From the sequence record SRR31156797_707: 64,000 bases of DNA; one strand, given 5' to 3'. Below are positions 9,379 through 21,002 of this stretch, in pieces. The notes under the pieces were generated by a model. That model was not told the origin of the DNA. It was given only the letters and a program-made list of their open reading frames with translations, and did no database searches. The number at the start of each line of letters is the position of its first letter. Within the stretch, counting starts at the first letter, position 1. The translations under genes and the position numbers were made by a program.

Positions 9379-11767
9379 CAACCTTCTCCAAAAGAAAAAC
9401 ATTACGCCTTATTATATGCATCTCAGATCGTTTGTAGCCTAAGCTTTCAAAGTATTCGAAACAGTTAAAGTTACCAGTGGTTTCAGTTTTAAAAACAACG
9501 TCGTTTTCGCCAAGACTGACAACAAATGCTGCCGCATTAAGGGTCTTTTCTACCCCTTTTTTATTCAATTTAGTGTAAAAAGCTTCACCTTTTAAATACT
9601 TCTCACGGAACAGCCCAAAAAGCTCATCGTTAAAGCTGAATCTCATGTATGTGTCAAATTTTTTCGGATGAATAGTAAACCTGCTTACAGAGCTGACATT
9701 AACGCCAGGCGGCATTATCTCATTCACCTTATCAACGAGATTATCGAGGTCAGTGATAGGAGCAGATTCGAAGATTAAGACCTCATTCAGCCCTTCAAGC
9801 CCCGCAGATGCCGCCTGAACATAGCTAAGCTTCGGTTGCGGATTAAACCCCTGAGTAAACTTTAACCCTATGTCAGTAAGTGTCAGAACATGAGTAAAAA
9901 GCCTCTGTGTCTCAATAGCAGAGAGCAGACTCATACGCTCAAGCTTACTGAAAACAAGTGCGTAACGTTCGAAAACATCATTCTCTTCAGCCTCCGCATC
10001 AGTACTAATACTGGCAGGCTCAGAGAACTCATTCTTTATCTCTTTAAAATCACATATACCGCAGGAAGAGCACTTCCCATCGGTACAATCAGGTGTGAAA
10101 GCTAGCTCTTCAGACTTCTCCCACTCTCTCCAGAGGAAGTCTTTTGTGACGCCCACATCTATATTATCCCAAGGGAGTTTTTCATCCTTTTGGTATATCC
10201 GCTCAGCAAAATCAGCGTCTTTATAGCCGAATTTTTCGAACGCCTTCTCCCATATATCATATGTAAAATGTTCGCTCCATGCATCGAATCTGGCACCGTT
10301 CTTAACCGCCTCTTCGATAACATCAGCAAGCTCAACAGAGCCTCTCGAAAAGACACCTTCCATCACAGAAGCTCTTATCCCGTGAAAGGAAACTGGTATT
10401 TTATATTTCTTCATGAGCTCTTTCAGCTCACGTTTTTTGTTAAAGAAGTCGTCACCGCTGTTCTGCCCGAACCACTGATAAGGAGTATGCGGTTTCGGTA
10501 CAAAGTTAGATACGGAAACTTTTATGTTGAAACGCCCTTTGCGAAGAAGTTTCGCCTTTCTGGAAAGCTCAGCAATGGCAAGCACATCCTCCATAGTTTC
10601 ACCGGGAAGACCTATCATAAAATAGAGCTTTGCACCATTCCATCCGGCATCGGAAGCCTTTTCAACCGCCGCAAGAATATCCTCTTCGGAAAGCCCCTTA
10701 TTGATAGCATCACGCATACGCTGTGAACCAGCCTCCGGTGCTATAGTGAATCCACTTTTGCGAACCTTTGAAAGCTCACGGAACATATATTCTTTGATCC
10801 TGTCAGCCCGTACAGATGGGAGCGACAGGGAAACTTTTCTATCACTGGTCAGCTTGACCATAGTCACCAAAAGCTCTTCAAGACGGCTGTAATCCGACGC
10901 TGAGAGCGAAAGTAGAGACGTTTCGAGATAACCTGTGTTTGCAAGCTGATTAAGTGCATCTTTCGCTATGTCGTCCACAGACCGCTCACGGTTCGGGCGG
11001 TAAATGACACCAGCCTGACAAAATCTGCAACCACGTGTACATCCCCTTGAAATCTCAACAGCCACCCTATCCTGAACAGCAGGAATAGTCGGTACAATAA
11101 GCTTATCAACAGTTACATCTTTAGTGAACCCAGTAAAGATAGACCTCTTCACAAGTTTATCAGCATCTATCTCAGGAACGTATGTGTAAGGAAGTGAGTT
11201 CAGGTATTTTAAAAGTTCCAGACGGTTCGCGCCCCCCTTTTTCATCTTATGGAACTCCTCAACAGCTTTCGGGAGAACCTCTTCCGATTCGCCGATGAAA
11301 AATACATCCACAAAAGGGGATACAGGCATAGGGTTGACCACACAAGGTCCGCCCGCAAAGATAACAGGTTCGTCTTCGCCACGGTCTTTCGAACGTAGTG
11401 CGATACCGGACTTCTCCATAGCTAATAACATATTAGTGTATGAAAGCTCATATTGAAGGCTGAAACCGACAATATCAAAATCTCTCAGGCTTTTGGACGA
11501 TTCTAGGCTGACAAACATCTCAGAGCCGTATTTGTCTATTGCGTCCACCCATGGGATAAAGAAACGTTCACAGGCAATTTCATTAACATTATTAAGCCTT
11601 TCATAGAGCATCTTGTACCCTATATGGCTTATACCTACTTCGTAAATATCTGGGAAAACCAAGCAGAAAGTGCTCCTGCCTTCGTGATCTTTATGGAACG
11701 AATTTATCTCGCTATTTATATATCTGGCAGGCTTATGAACCTCCAGAAGTCTCTTGTAATCTTTCAT
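9371..11767 (-). CDS. TIGR03960 B12-binding radical SAM protein fused to TIGR03936/DUF2344 domain
   Basis: KPARY..E.N, FPDIYEVG.SH.G, RGCTRGCRFCQAG, APEAGSQR; C-terminal FTQGFNPQPK. Confidence 0.85.
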   Translation of the reverse strand: MKDYKRLLEVHKPARYINSEINSFHKDHEGRSTFCLVFPDIYEVGISHIGYKMLYERLNNVNEIACERFFIPWVDAIDKYGSEMFVSLESSKSLRDFDIVGFSLQYELSYTNMLLAMEKSGIALRSKDRGEDEPVIFAGGPCVVNPMPVSPFVDVFFIGESEEVLPKAVEEFHKMKKGGANRLELLKYLNSLPYTYVPEIDADKLVKRSIFTGFTKDVTVDKLIVPTIPAVQDRVAVEISRGCTRGCRFCQAGVIYRPNRERSVDDIAKDALNQLANTGYLETSLLSLSASDYSRLEELLVTMVKLTSDRKVSLSLPSVRADRIKEYMFRELSKVRKSGFTIAPEAGSQRMRDAINKGLSEEDILAAVEKASDAGWNGAKLYFMIGLPGETMEDVLAIAELSRKAKLLRKGRFNIKVSVSNFVPKPHTPYQWFGQNSGDDFFNKKRELKELMKKYKIPVSFHGIRASVMEGVFSRGSVELADVIEEAVKNGARFDAWSEHFTYDIWEKAFEKFGYKDADFAERIYQKDEKLPWDNIDVGVTKDFLWREWEKSEELAFTPDCTDGKCSSCGICDFKEIKNEFSEPASISTDAEAEENDVFERYALVFSKLERMSLLSAIETQRLFTHVLTLTDIGLKFTQGFNPQPKLSYVQAASAGLEGLNEVLIFESAPITDLDNLVDKVNEIMPPGVNVSSVSRFTIHPKKFDTYMRFSFNDELFGLFREKYLKGEAFYTKLNKKGVEKTLNAAAFVVSLGENDVVFKTETTGNFNCFEYFESLGYKRSEMHIIRRNVFLLEKVDG

Positions 11768-12888
11768 TAATCCTCACTTGGGTCGTCGAATCTGCGCATC
11801 GCAATACCATTCACCATACCTATCATAGACATGAAAGTGATAAGAGATGAACCACCATAACTGACAAGCGGCATAGGGATACCAACAACAGGCATCATCC
11901 CCGCAGTCATAGCCACGTTAACGTAAAACTGGAAAAATATATAACCGCTGACACCTATGCATATCAGCTTACCGGCTGGCTCCTTAGCATTGAGCGCAAC
12001 CATCATTATCCTTATCAGCAATATCATAAAAAGCACTATAATCACCAGTGAGCCCATAAGCCCAAACTCTTCCGCTATAACGGAAAAGATAAAGTCTGTA
12101 TGTCTCTCAGGGATAAACTTAAGATGTGACTGCGTACCTTTCAGAAAACCTTTGCCAGTTAGCCCACCTGAGCCGATAGCAATCTTAGACTGGATAACGT
12201 GATAACCGGAACCGAAAGGGTCCTTCTCAGGGTTCATAAATGTCACAACACGCTTCTTCTGGTAAGGTTTCATCTGCGACCAGAGAACAGGCGCAGCGAA
12301 CACAAGGCTGGTAATGATAACGAGTAGCGTCACACGCCTTATACCAATCACCATAAGCACCATACCCCATATAACAAGGTATGTCCCTGCTGTACCGAGA
12401 TCCGGCTGTAAAAACACCAGCGCAAACGGAGGTATAACCCATATGAACTTCTTCATAATCTCTATCATACCGTGCTTCTCACGGCTTATCTCAAGGTAAA
12501 GTCTCGCAAGGAAAATCACCCATATAAACTTAAAAACTTCTGACGGCTGGATACGCATCCCACCGATGGCTATCCACCTCTGTGCGCCCATCCCTACTTG
12601 TCCAAGGACAAGAACAGCAACCAGAACAAGTACCCCCAGTGCATATATCACATAAGCGTATTTAACTAGCTTTTTATGACCTATTGTACTGAAGGTAAAG
12701 AACATTATATACCCGAGAGTAAGCCAGTACATCTGTCTGACATAGTATTTCTTAACTGTCGAGGACACAGGGTCATATCCAGCGCTATAAATGGCTACAA
12801 CTCCAATGACTGTTATAACCAGCATTGTGAGAAAGAGCGAAAAGTCGAAATTTTCTAAATGTTTTCTATCTATCTTGACGCCAAACAT
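11767..12888 (-). CDS. rodA: rod shape-determining protein RodA
   Basis: GAQRW...QPSE, LQPDLGT, PERHTDFIF, SYGGSS SEDS motifs. Confidence 0.96.
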   Translation of the reverse strand: MFGVKIDRKHLENFDFSLFLTMLVITVIGVVAIYSAGYDPVSSTVKKYYVRQMYWLTLGYIMFFTFSTIGHKKLVKYAYVIYALGVLVLVAVLVLGQVGMGAQRWIAIGGMRIQPSEVFKFIWVIFLARLYLEISREKHGMIEIMKKFIWVIPPFALVFLQPDLGTAGTYLVIWGMVLMVIGIRRVTLLVIITSLVFAAPVLWSQMKPYQKKRVVTFMNPEKDPFGSGYHVIQSKIAIGSGGLTGKGFLKGTQSHLKFIPERHTDFIFSVIAEEFGLMGSLVIIVLFMILLIRIMMVALNAKEPAGKLICIGVSGYIFFQFYVNVAMTAGMMPVVGIPMPLVSYGGSSLITFMSMIGMVNGIAMRRFDDPSED

Positions 12889-14695
12889 ATCCTAAGTCCG
12901 CCATTTTATTTATCACCGCACCAACAATCGGCGCAGCTCCTTTACTTCCTGCTCCACCGTGCTCAATAAGAGCTACAGCAACATATTTAGGGTTAGAAAC
13001 AGGAAAAACTGAGCCGAACCACGAATGGTCTCTGAGCTCTTCCGGTATCTCACCATCTTCCATATCCTCAACGTGTTTAAGTGACACAACCTGTGCTGTA
13101 CCTGTCTTTCCGCCGATTGTCACACCCTCAACTTTCGCTCTATAACCTGTCGCACGCTTACCATGAACAACCTCACGCATACCCTCAAGTGTAACCTGTA
13201 CCGCCTGTGGGTCGAGAGGAACTTCACGTATAAGTTTCGGCTGCTGCATTACTTTTATACCTGAATCAGCATCTTCAATATATTTGACAAGGTTAGGTGC
13301 AAAAACCTTACCCCCGTTAAAAATACCGCCAAGCATTACAGCTATCTGCATAGGTGTCGTTGAGATATAACCCTGCCCGATAGACGTAATGATCGTCTCA
13401 CCCGGATACCAAGGCTCTTTACGCTTCTTCTTCTTCCACTCACGGCTAGGGAAAAAACCAAACTTTTCATTCGGCAGATTAATGCCTGTCTTCTGACCGA
13501 GGTTAAAGAGTTTTGAATATTTAGAAATAGGGTCTATACCTAAAAGCAGACCTACATTATAAAAATAAACGTCACAAGACTGTTCTATTGCGTGTACAAG
13601 ATCGAGCGTACCGTGACCGCCCTTCTTCCAGCATCCGTATTTAAAGTTTCCGTAGTGCAGCTCTCCGGTACAGGTAAAAGTTGTCTCAGGAGTGATTTTA
13701 CCCTCCATGAGAGCGACCACAGACATAAGTATTTTAAAGACTGATCCCGGGGGGTAGCTACCTTCTATTGACCTGTTAAGGAGTGGTTTTCTTGAATTTC
13801 TTATGATCGCAAGCCTGTCTTTTGATGTGGCAAACGGTGTAAACGACATAAGATCGTATGAGGGAGCGGAGTAAAGTGTAAGAACATCAAAGTTCTCAAT
13901 ATCCATAACCACAACTGCGCCCATCTTATTCTGCATAAGTTTATGAGTGAAAACCTGTAAGTCAGAATCGAGTGTAAGAGCGACATTCTGTCCTGGCAGT
14001 GACTGCTTTTCAGAGAGAACCTCAAGGATACGACCGTATGAATCGACCTCAACCTGACGAGCGCCATCCTCACCACGGAGAACACCCTCGTAAATCTTCT
14101 CAATACCTGTCTTACCGATCATATCACCACTTTTATAAAGCTTATTACGCTGGATATCTCTATCGTTCACCTCAGACATATAACCGAGAACATGACTGAA
14201 AGCTTTATTGTTTATATAGCTTCTAACCGACTCAAGACCGATTTCGACACCGTGGAAATCTGCAGAATTTTCAAGAACTTTCGAAACTTGTTTAAAGGTG
14301 AGCCCACGCTGAATGACAGCAGGCTCATAAAGGTATGATTTACGAATCTGTTTCTTCGCAAACTTTTTATCTATCGGAACAATTTCATTTAAGCTATCAA
14401 GGAGCGCATCTATATTCTTAACGTCTTCCTTCACTATATTCAGTTCATAACTAGGGGTATTCTTAACAATGAGCTTCCCCTTAGTGTCTTTGATGAAGCC
14501 CCGGTCAGATTTAATGCGCATAAGGCGGATACGGTTATTCTCAGAGAGCCTCTTATAGTTCTCATAGCCGACAACCTGCATGTAAGCCATACGAGCACCG
14601 AGGATTATCATAAAAACCATCAGAAAAGCGAAAAAAACAACTGTACGTCTTTTTATGTACTCAAGTACGTCGTCTTTAAGAGTTTTTAACAGCAA
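12866..14695 (-). CDS. mrdA: penicillin-binding protein 2
   Basis: GSVFK, SCD, KTGTAQ transpeptidase motifs; N-terminal TM; TTG start at 14695 inferred (ORF limit 14734). Confidence 0.95.
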   Translation of the reverse strand: MLLKTLKDDVLEYIKRRTVVFFAFLMVFMIILGARMAYMQVVGYENYKRLSENNRIRLMRIKSDRGFIKDTKGKLIVKNTPSYELNIVKEDVKNIDALLDSLNEIVPIDKKFAKKQIRKSYLYEPAVIQRGLTFKQVSKVLENSADFHGVEIGLESVRSYINNKAFSHVLGYMSEVNDRDIQRNKLYKSGDMIGKTGIEKIYEGVLRGEDGARQVEVDSYGRILEVLSEKQSLPGQNVALTLDSDLQVFTHKLMQNKMGAVVVMDIENFDVLTLYSAPSYDLMSFTPFATSKDRLAIIRNSRKPLLNRSIEGSYPPGSVFKILMSVVALMEGKITPETTFTCTGELHYGNFKYGCWKKGGHGTLDLVHAIEQSCDVYFYNVGLLLGIDPISKYSKLFNLGQKTGINLPNEKFGFFPSREWKKKKRKEPWYPGETIITSIGQGYISTTPMQIAVMLGGIFNGGKVFAPNLVKYIEDADSGIKVMQQPKLIREVPLDPQAVQVTLEGMREVVHGKRATGYRAKVEGVTIGGKTGTAQVVSLKHVEDMEDGEIPEELRDHSWFGSVFPVSNPKYVAVALIEHGGAGSKGAAPIVGAVINKMADLGYVWRQDR

Positions 14696-15152
14696 CGCTA
14701 TACCCCTTAAAAAATGAAGAAATGATGAATACAATTCCTAAATTAACAACTGTCCGAAATATAGCGACAGGGAGAGCACTTTCGAATGTGTAGCTTGTGA
14801 GGAATAGATTATACATACAGTAAATCATAGACATTGACGAAAACAGAAGCACTCTATAGTGAACTTTGGTCATATCCATAATCACATCAGTTCTAAACCT
14901 AACTAGGTAGAAAAAGATAAAAAGAACAACGCCGGGACCGTAAAAACCGTCTCTGGTAAAATCAAGTATAAAGCCGTAAAGCATAGATAACCCGATAAAA
15001 TTATGTTCGTCACCCCACCCCATAGTAAGGATAAATATTATAAGAATGAAATCAAAGTATGATAATATGCCGCTAACTGTAACAGTCACAACATGGAGGA
15101 AAAGCATAAGGAAAAAAATGAATGTATATCTGTTTAAAATCCGCTCTATCAT
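14676..15152 (-). CDS. mreD: MreD-like membrane protein
   Basis: Hydrophobic 158-aa protein with GFILD, located between mreC and mrdA. Confidence 0.75.
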   Translation of the reverse strand: MIERILNRYTFIFFLMLFLHVVTVTVSGILSYFDFILIIFILTMGWGDEHNFIGLSMLYGFILDFTRDGFYGPGVVLFIFFYLVRFRTDVIMDMTKVHYRVLLFSSMSMIYCMYNLFLTSYTFESALPVAIFRTVVNLGIVFIISSFFKGYSVAVKNS

Positions 15153-15940
15153 TTGCCTACAACCAGAACATTTTCCAGTTTATAAAAATCTACGTTAGAG
15201 GTTAGTTTTAAATTACGGAAAAGCCCAACCTCAACATCTTCAACCTCATCAACCTGCCCAACGATAATACCTTTCGGGTAAACACCGCCGAGTCCTGATG
15301 TTATCAGTATGTCGTCCGGTTTAACATCGTCGAGCCTGTCGTAGAAATCCACTGCCATAGCACCTCTACCATCACCACGGACAATACCGACCGTGCGGGT
15401 TCTACTGTTTATGACAGAGACATTGCTTCCGGGGTTCAGAACAACTTCAACTTTTGATGTGCCTTTATTCACCTCAGTAACCATGCCGACTAGTCCGCTG
15501 TAACTGATAACAGGATCTTTACGCTTAACACCGTCATCTGCGCCTCGGTCAATGATTACATATTTAAGGTAACCAGTGATGTTTCGACCGATAACGTTAC
15601 AAGCGATAGAATCAAGCTTAGAAAACTCACGGAATTTAAGGAGCTTTTTGAGACGCTCATACTCAGCGACCTTCTCCTGAAGGAGAGAGTTATCAAGACG
15701 GAGCTGACCGTTCTCTGTGCTGAGGACTTCATTCTCTTTATGAACATTCACAAGGTTGATATATCCTGTCCACACACCGCCAAAGAACCCTAAGGTCTTA
15801 TCAGTATAGTAAACAAATGGATTTATAAGGTTGCCAAGTATCCCTTTAAAGGGACCCTGAATATTAGGATTTCTCGCCTGTACAACTATAAGCACAAGCA
15901 AAACCATAAGGACTATTGCGACTTTGCGCCAGGCCTTCAT
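15149..15940 (-). CDS. mreC: rod shape-determining protein MreC
   Basis: TM + coiled coil, IDRG..DGV, TSGLGGVYPKGI.VG. Confidence 0.95.
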   Translation of the reverse strand: MKAWRKVAIVLMVLLVLIVVQARNPNIQGPFKGILGNLINPFVYYTDKTLGFFGGVWTGYINLVNVHKENEVLSTENGQLRLDNSLLQEKVAEYERLKKLLKFREFSKLDSIACNVIGRNITGYLKYVIIDRGADDGVKRKDPVISYSGLVGMVTEVNKGTSKVEVVLNPGSNVSVINSRTRTVGIVRGDGRGAMAVDFYDRLDDVKPDDILITSGLGGVYPKGIIVGQVDEVEDVEVGLFRNLKLTSNVDFYKLENVLVVGK

Positions 15941-15955
15941 ATGCTAAACAGCAAC

Positions 15956-17023
<1,068 letters not shown>

Positions 17024-17158
17024 TTAGTCCACATAACGTAATAAAGCAAGAGAAACTAACACATTGTACCGGAAGGAATTTATTTATTGTAATAGATTAA
17101 AGTTTTTTGTATAACAAGTCAAACAAATATAATCACAAAACCGGAGTTAATAAATTAA

Positions 17159-18628
17159 ATGGAACAGCATAGACTAGATAAGCTTGAAAAGATAAAAGCT
17201 CAAGACAAACAACCCTTCGTAAATTTTCATAAAGTTGAACACGATATCACTGATGTCGTTGAAAAATATACAGACGTTGAAAAAGAAGATCTCCCGGAAA
17301 GAGAGGTCATTTTTGACGTTGCTGGTCGTATCATGGCTCTCCGTGAGTTCGGTAAGGCAGCTTTCATGACTATTAAAGATCGTACAGGTTCTGTTCAGAT
17401 TTACGTCAAGAAAGGTGAAATTTCTGACGACGACCACGAATCTTTTAAAGCTAGTGACGTTGGCGACACAGTAGGAATCAAAGGATTTCTCTTCAAAACT
17501 AAAACTGGTGAGCTCACAATCTGCGCCACAGAGTATAAAATACTCACCAAAGCTCTCCGTGACCTCCCTGAAAAGTGGCACGGACTTAAAGATATCGAAA
17601 AACGGTACCGCCAGAGATATGTAGACCTTATGGTTAATGATGAGGTTAAAGATACATTCCGCACACGAAGTAAAGTTATCCAGAGTGTTCGTGAGTTTTT
17701 CCTCAGCAAAGACTTCCTTGAGGTTGAAACACCTATGATGCACCCTGTTGTGGGCGGAGCTACGGCCAAGCCTTTCGAAACACATCATAACGCCCTCGAT
17801 ATGCCTTTATATCTCCGTATCGCTCCTGAGCTTTACCTTAAAAGGCTTGTGATAGGCGGTCTGGAGCGTGTTTTCGAGGTTAACAGAAACTTCCGTAATG
17901 AAGGACTTTCAACTCGTCACAACCCTGAATTCACAATGATCGAATGGTATAACGCTTATAACGACTATCACGGGCTCATGGATCAGATAGAAGAGATGCT
18001 CTGCGGAATCTCAGAATCACTCGGACTGGGCGAGACTATTACATATAAAGAGAAAGAAGTTTCACTTAAACGCCCATGGAAAAGAATCACTATGGAAGAT
18101 GCCATAACATCGATGACTGACGTAACCACTGATATGATTAAAGATTTTGAATCTGCTAAAGCAACTGCAGAAAAAAAAGGTATTCATGTTGATAAAAGCT
18201 GGGGAAAGGGTAAAATTGTTCTAGAGATATTTGAAGAGCTATGTGAACACGAGCTTTTCGATCCGACATTTATAATAGATTATCCGAAGGAAGTATCTCC
18301 TCTCGCTAAATCGAAAGCTGATGATCCTGAAACAACAGAAAGATTTGAACTTTTTGTTGGCGGTTTTGAGCTGGCTAACGGGTTTAACGAGTTAAACGAT
18401 CCTATGGATCAGAAAGAACGCTTTGAAAAGCAAGTAGCAGCGAAAGAGGCTGGTGACGAAGAAGCATCGATGATGGACACAGACTATATAAGAGCACTGG
18501 AATACGGTCTCCCTCCTACTGCCGGAGCTGGACTCGGTATAGACAGACTTGTTATGCTCTTTACAAATAGCCAGTCGATCAGAGACGTCATTCTCTTTCC
18601 TCATATGAGGCCGGAAGATATTGATTAA
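17159..18628 (+). CDS. lysS: lysine--tRNA ligase (class II)
   Basis: OB anticodon domain, LRIAPELYLKRL, FRNEG, HNPEF, GLGIDRL. Confidence 0.98.
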   Translation: MEQHRLDKLEKIKAQDKQPFVNFHKVEHDITDVVEKYTDVEKEDLPEREVIFDVAGRIMALREFGKAAFMTIKDRTGSVQIYVKKGEISDDDHESFKASDVGDTVGIKGFLFKTKTGELTICATEYKILTKALRDLPEKWHGLKDIEKRYRQRYVDLMVNDEVKDTFRTRSKVIQSVREFFLSKDFLEVETPMMHPVVGGATAKPFETHHNALDMPLYLRIAPELYLKRLVIGGLERVFEVNRNFRNEGLSTRHNPEFTMIEWYNAYNDYHGLMDQIEEMLCGISESLGLGETITYKEKEVSLKRPWKRITMEDAITSMTDVTTDMIKDFESAKATAEKKGIHVDKSWGKGKIVLEIFEELCEHELFDPTFIIDYPKEVSPLAKSKADDPETTERFELFVGGFELANGFNELNDPMDQKERFEKQVAAKEAGDEEASMMDTDYIRALEYGLPPTAGAGLGIDRLVMLFTNSQSIRDVILFPHMRPEDID

Positions 18629-19562
18629 CAAAAAGGTTTACGCACACGTTAAAAATGAAGACACGAAAGAGCATATAAAAAATCTCTTTAATACCGTTGA
18701 GTTCATCAGTAAAGATGACATCATGAAGAAAGAGAAAGAAATTATTATATGCGAAATCGACTCAGAATGTACCGCTGACGAAGTAAAAAAGGTTTTAGGA
18801 ACAGATCATTTCTTCCTTTTTATATCAGAGGTCTGTCATGATGAACTACTTTACGAACTCTCGAAAGAACACTTCTTCGTCTTCTCCCTTAACAGCGACC
18901 CTATTAACGAAATCAAGATACGTTTTAATACATTAGTTAAACATAAAGAGCTATTCTTAGCACTTGAGGCGAAAAACGATGATATGGAATCTACTATCTT
19001 CGAACTAGCCTTTGCATCTACTAACGTTCTCGAACAAAATGAATTCCTCGAGCAGATGGCGAAGAAAGATGGGCTAACCCTGCTTTATAACCACTCATTC
19101 TTTAAAGACAAATTAAAAGACGAGATAGTACGTTCCAAACGTTATAACAACAGCTTTACAGTGGCTATCATGGATCTTGACTTCTTCAAAAAAGTTAACG
19201 ACCAGTACGGTCACGTAAAGGGTGACGAAGTCCTTAAAGCTTTTGCTGACATCATCAAAGATACAATAAGAAACACCGATATAGCAGCGAGATATGGTGG
19301 CGAAGAGTTCGCTATACTCTTTACTGAAACTAATCTCGAAGACTCTATTCAGGTTATTGAAAGAGTTAGAGACAGGCTTGAAAATACTATTTTTGAAAGC
19401 GAAGAGACCTGTTTTAAAGTTACTTTCAGCGCCGGTGTAACACCTTATGACAAAAGCTTCAAAGATGCCGAGTTTATGGTTGATGTCGCAGACAAAGCTC
19501 TTTATTCCAGTAAAGCAAACGGTCGCAACCGCACAACCATCCTCACCGCCTCCAATCTCTAG
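18621..19562 (+). CDS. diguanylate cyclase
   Basis: DLDFFKKVNDQYGH..GD, RYGGEEF intact, RxxD I-site (RNTD). Confidence 0.92.
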   Translation: MINKKVYAHVKNEDTKEHIKNLFNTVEFISKDDIMKKEKEIIICEIDSECTADEVKKVLGTDHFFLFISEVCHDELLYELSKEHFFVFSLNSDPINEIKIRFNTLVKHKELFLALEAKNDDMESTIFELAFASTNVLEQNEFLEQMAKKDGLTLLYNHSFFKDKLKDEIVRSKRYNNSFTVAIMDLDFFKKVNDQYGHVKGDEVLKAFADIIKDTIRNTDIAARYGGEEFAILFTETNLEDSIQVIERVRDRLENTIFESEETCFKVTFSAGVTPYDKSFKDAEFMVDVADKALYSSKANGRNRTTILTASNL

Positions 19563-19577
19563 ATATAAGCTAAAACA

Positions 19578-20471
19578 TTGAAAAAACTAATTATTATTAC
19601 ACTTTTTGCTCTTATTACCGGTTGCGGTGCCGAAAGCACAAATAGAACAGCTCACTCAGAGCATGATATCGTTAAAAGTGGCTCTTTCCGTGCAGATTTA
19701 AATAATATTATTCTTTTGAATGTAGAACATAACGGTGCATCAGCTAGTGAAAATGATCTCCATACAGTAGGAACTGACTGCGTAACTTATAACCTCTCAG
19801 ATAAAACAGAGCTGACACTTAGCGTTGACGACAACATGCACCTTGAGTCAAAAACTCTCATAGAGGCTGACAGCGGAGTTGTTCTGGCTTCTGTTTCACC
19901 AGGGGAAACTTCTGAAATAATAACAATGTACGCAGGCGAAGACTACACCATATGCGTTAAATCCCACGAAACAGCCACAGAAACAAGAACTGTTTTCATA
20001 AAAGTCTCAAATAACTCTGAGGCAAGATATTCCACCGCAGACCTGAATACTCTTACAGCGACTTACTCATGTCCAGACTGTGACCTCAGCGGGGTTTATC
20101 TTACAAATGACACATCTATGATGTACGCTAACCTGAACGGAGCTAATCTTAGCAATATGGCTTGCAACTGGTGCAATATCACTGACTCCACCATCACAAA
20201 TGCAAACTTAGATAACTCATCTTTTGATAACAACGCATCTCTTAACGGCACAAATTTTACTGGTTCATCACTTAAAAACAGCATAATAATGTCCACAGAT
20301 ATAGGTGGTGCGGACTTCACTAGTACCAACCTGACAAATACTGATTTCTCGTTTTCAGATGTAAGCTATTCCACTTTCGACCATGCCATTGTCAATGGTG
20401 CAACTTTTGATGGTTTCAGTTATTTTGGCACTAAGACATGTGCCGAAGGTTCGTACGGAGAATGCAAGTAG
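19578..20471 (+). CDS. pentapeptide-repeat lipoprotein
   Basis: Lipobox LITG-C; CPDCDLSG followed by A(N/D)LXX-type repeats. Confidence 0.8.
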   Translation: MKKLIIITLFALITGCGAESTNRTAHSEHDIVKSGSFRADLNNIILLNVEHNGASASENDLHTVGTDCVTYNLSDKTELTLSVDDNMHLESKTLIEADSGVVLASVSPGETSEIITMYAGEDYTICVKSHETATETRTVFIKVSNNSEARYSTADLNTLTATYSCPDCDLSGVYLTNDTSMMYANLNGANLSNMACNWCNITDSTITNANLDNSSFDNNASLNGTNFTGSSLKNSIIMSTDIGGADFTSTNLTNTDFSFSDVSYSTFDHAIVNGATFDGFSYFGTKTCAEGSYGECK

Positions 20472-20486
20472 GCAGCCAGTAGGATT

Positions 20487-20588
20487 GTCGTTGCGAGGAA
20501 GGTACTCCTGACGTTGCAATCTAATCCGTAAGTAAAATGATAACTTTAGGTTTCAGATTCTCACGTCACTTCTGCTCCTCAGAATGAC
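20487..20588. repeat. REP-like doublet, copy 1
   Basis: GTCGTTGCGAGG...GACGTTGCAATCT (20487-20522) plus inverted GTCATTCTGAGG...GACGTGAGAATCT (20555-20588); reverse-complement match to 35749-35851. Confidence 0.9.
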
Positions 20589-20606
20589 AATGACACTATG
20601 CGACCA

Positions 20607-21002
20607 CTAACTTTGAATATACTTGATATGCACCTTTCTGGTTCTAGGGCCGTCGAATTCGCAGAAGTATACCCCCTGCCAAGTGCCGAGAACCATCTGA
20701 CCACCTTCAACTATGATAGTTTCAGAACAGCCTACGAGGGATGATTTTATATGGCTGTCAGAGTTCCCCTCGTAATGGCGGAACTCCGACAGATTAGGTA
20801 TTAACTTTGAAAGGAAAGAATTCATATCCGTCTGAACATCAGGGTCAGCATTCTCATTAATAGTGATAGCGGATGTCGTATGAGGTGTATATATCACCAC
20901 AATTCCGTCCTGCCACCCTTCCTTACTGATCACAGAAGCGACCTCACGGGTTATATCCGTAAATGAGTTCCTGCTGTTAGTCCTGACAGATATCGTCTCC
21001 AT
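20607..21002 (-). CDS. yjbQ: YjbQ/UPF0047 family protein
   Basis: HTTSAITINENADPDV, GNSDSHIK, LGTWQG.YFCEFDGPR. Confidence 0.93.
   Translation of the reverse strand: METISVRTNSRNSFTDITREVASVISKEGWQDGIVVIYTPHTTSAITINENADPDVQTDMNSFLSKLIPNLSEFRHYEGNSDSHIKSSLVGCSETIIVEGGQMVLGTWQGVYFCEFDGPRTRKVHIKYIQS

Noticed and set aside
17174-17788. Long antisense ORFs (this one, 10190-10726, 38895-39383, 57369-57881 and others)
   Set aside because: They lie opposite well-supported genes and have no motifs; typical codon-bias shadows.
20487-20588. Repeats as CRISPR array or IS ends
   Set aside because: Units are inverted pairs dispersed over about 39 kb, not tandem direct repeats with spacers; no cas or transposase gene is present.
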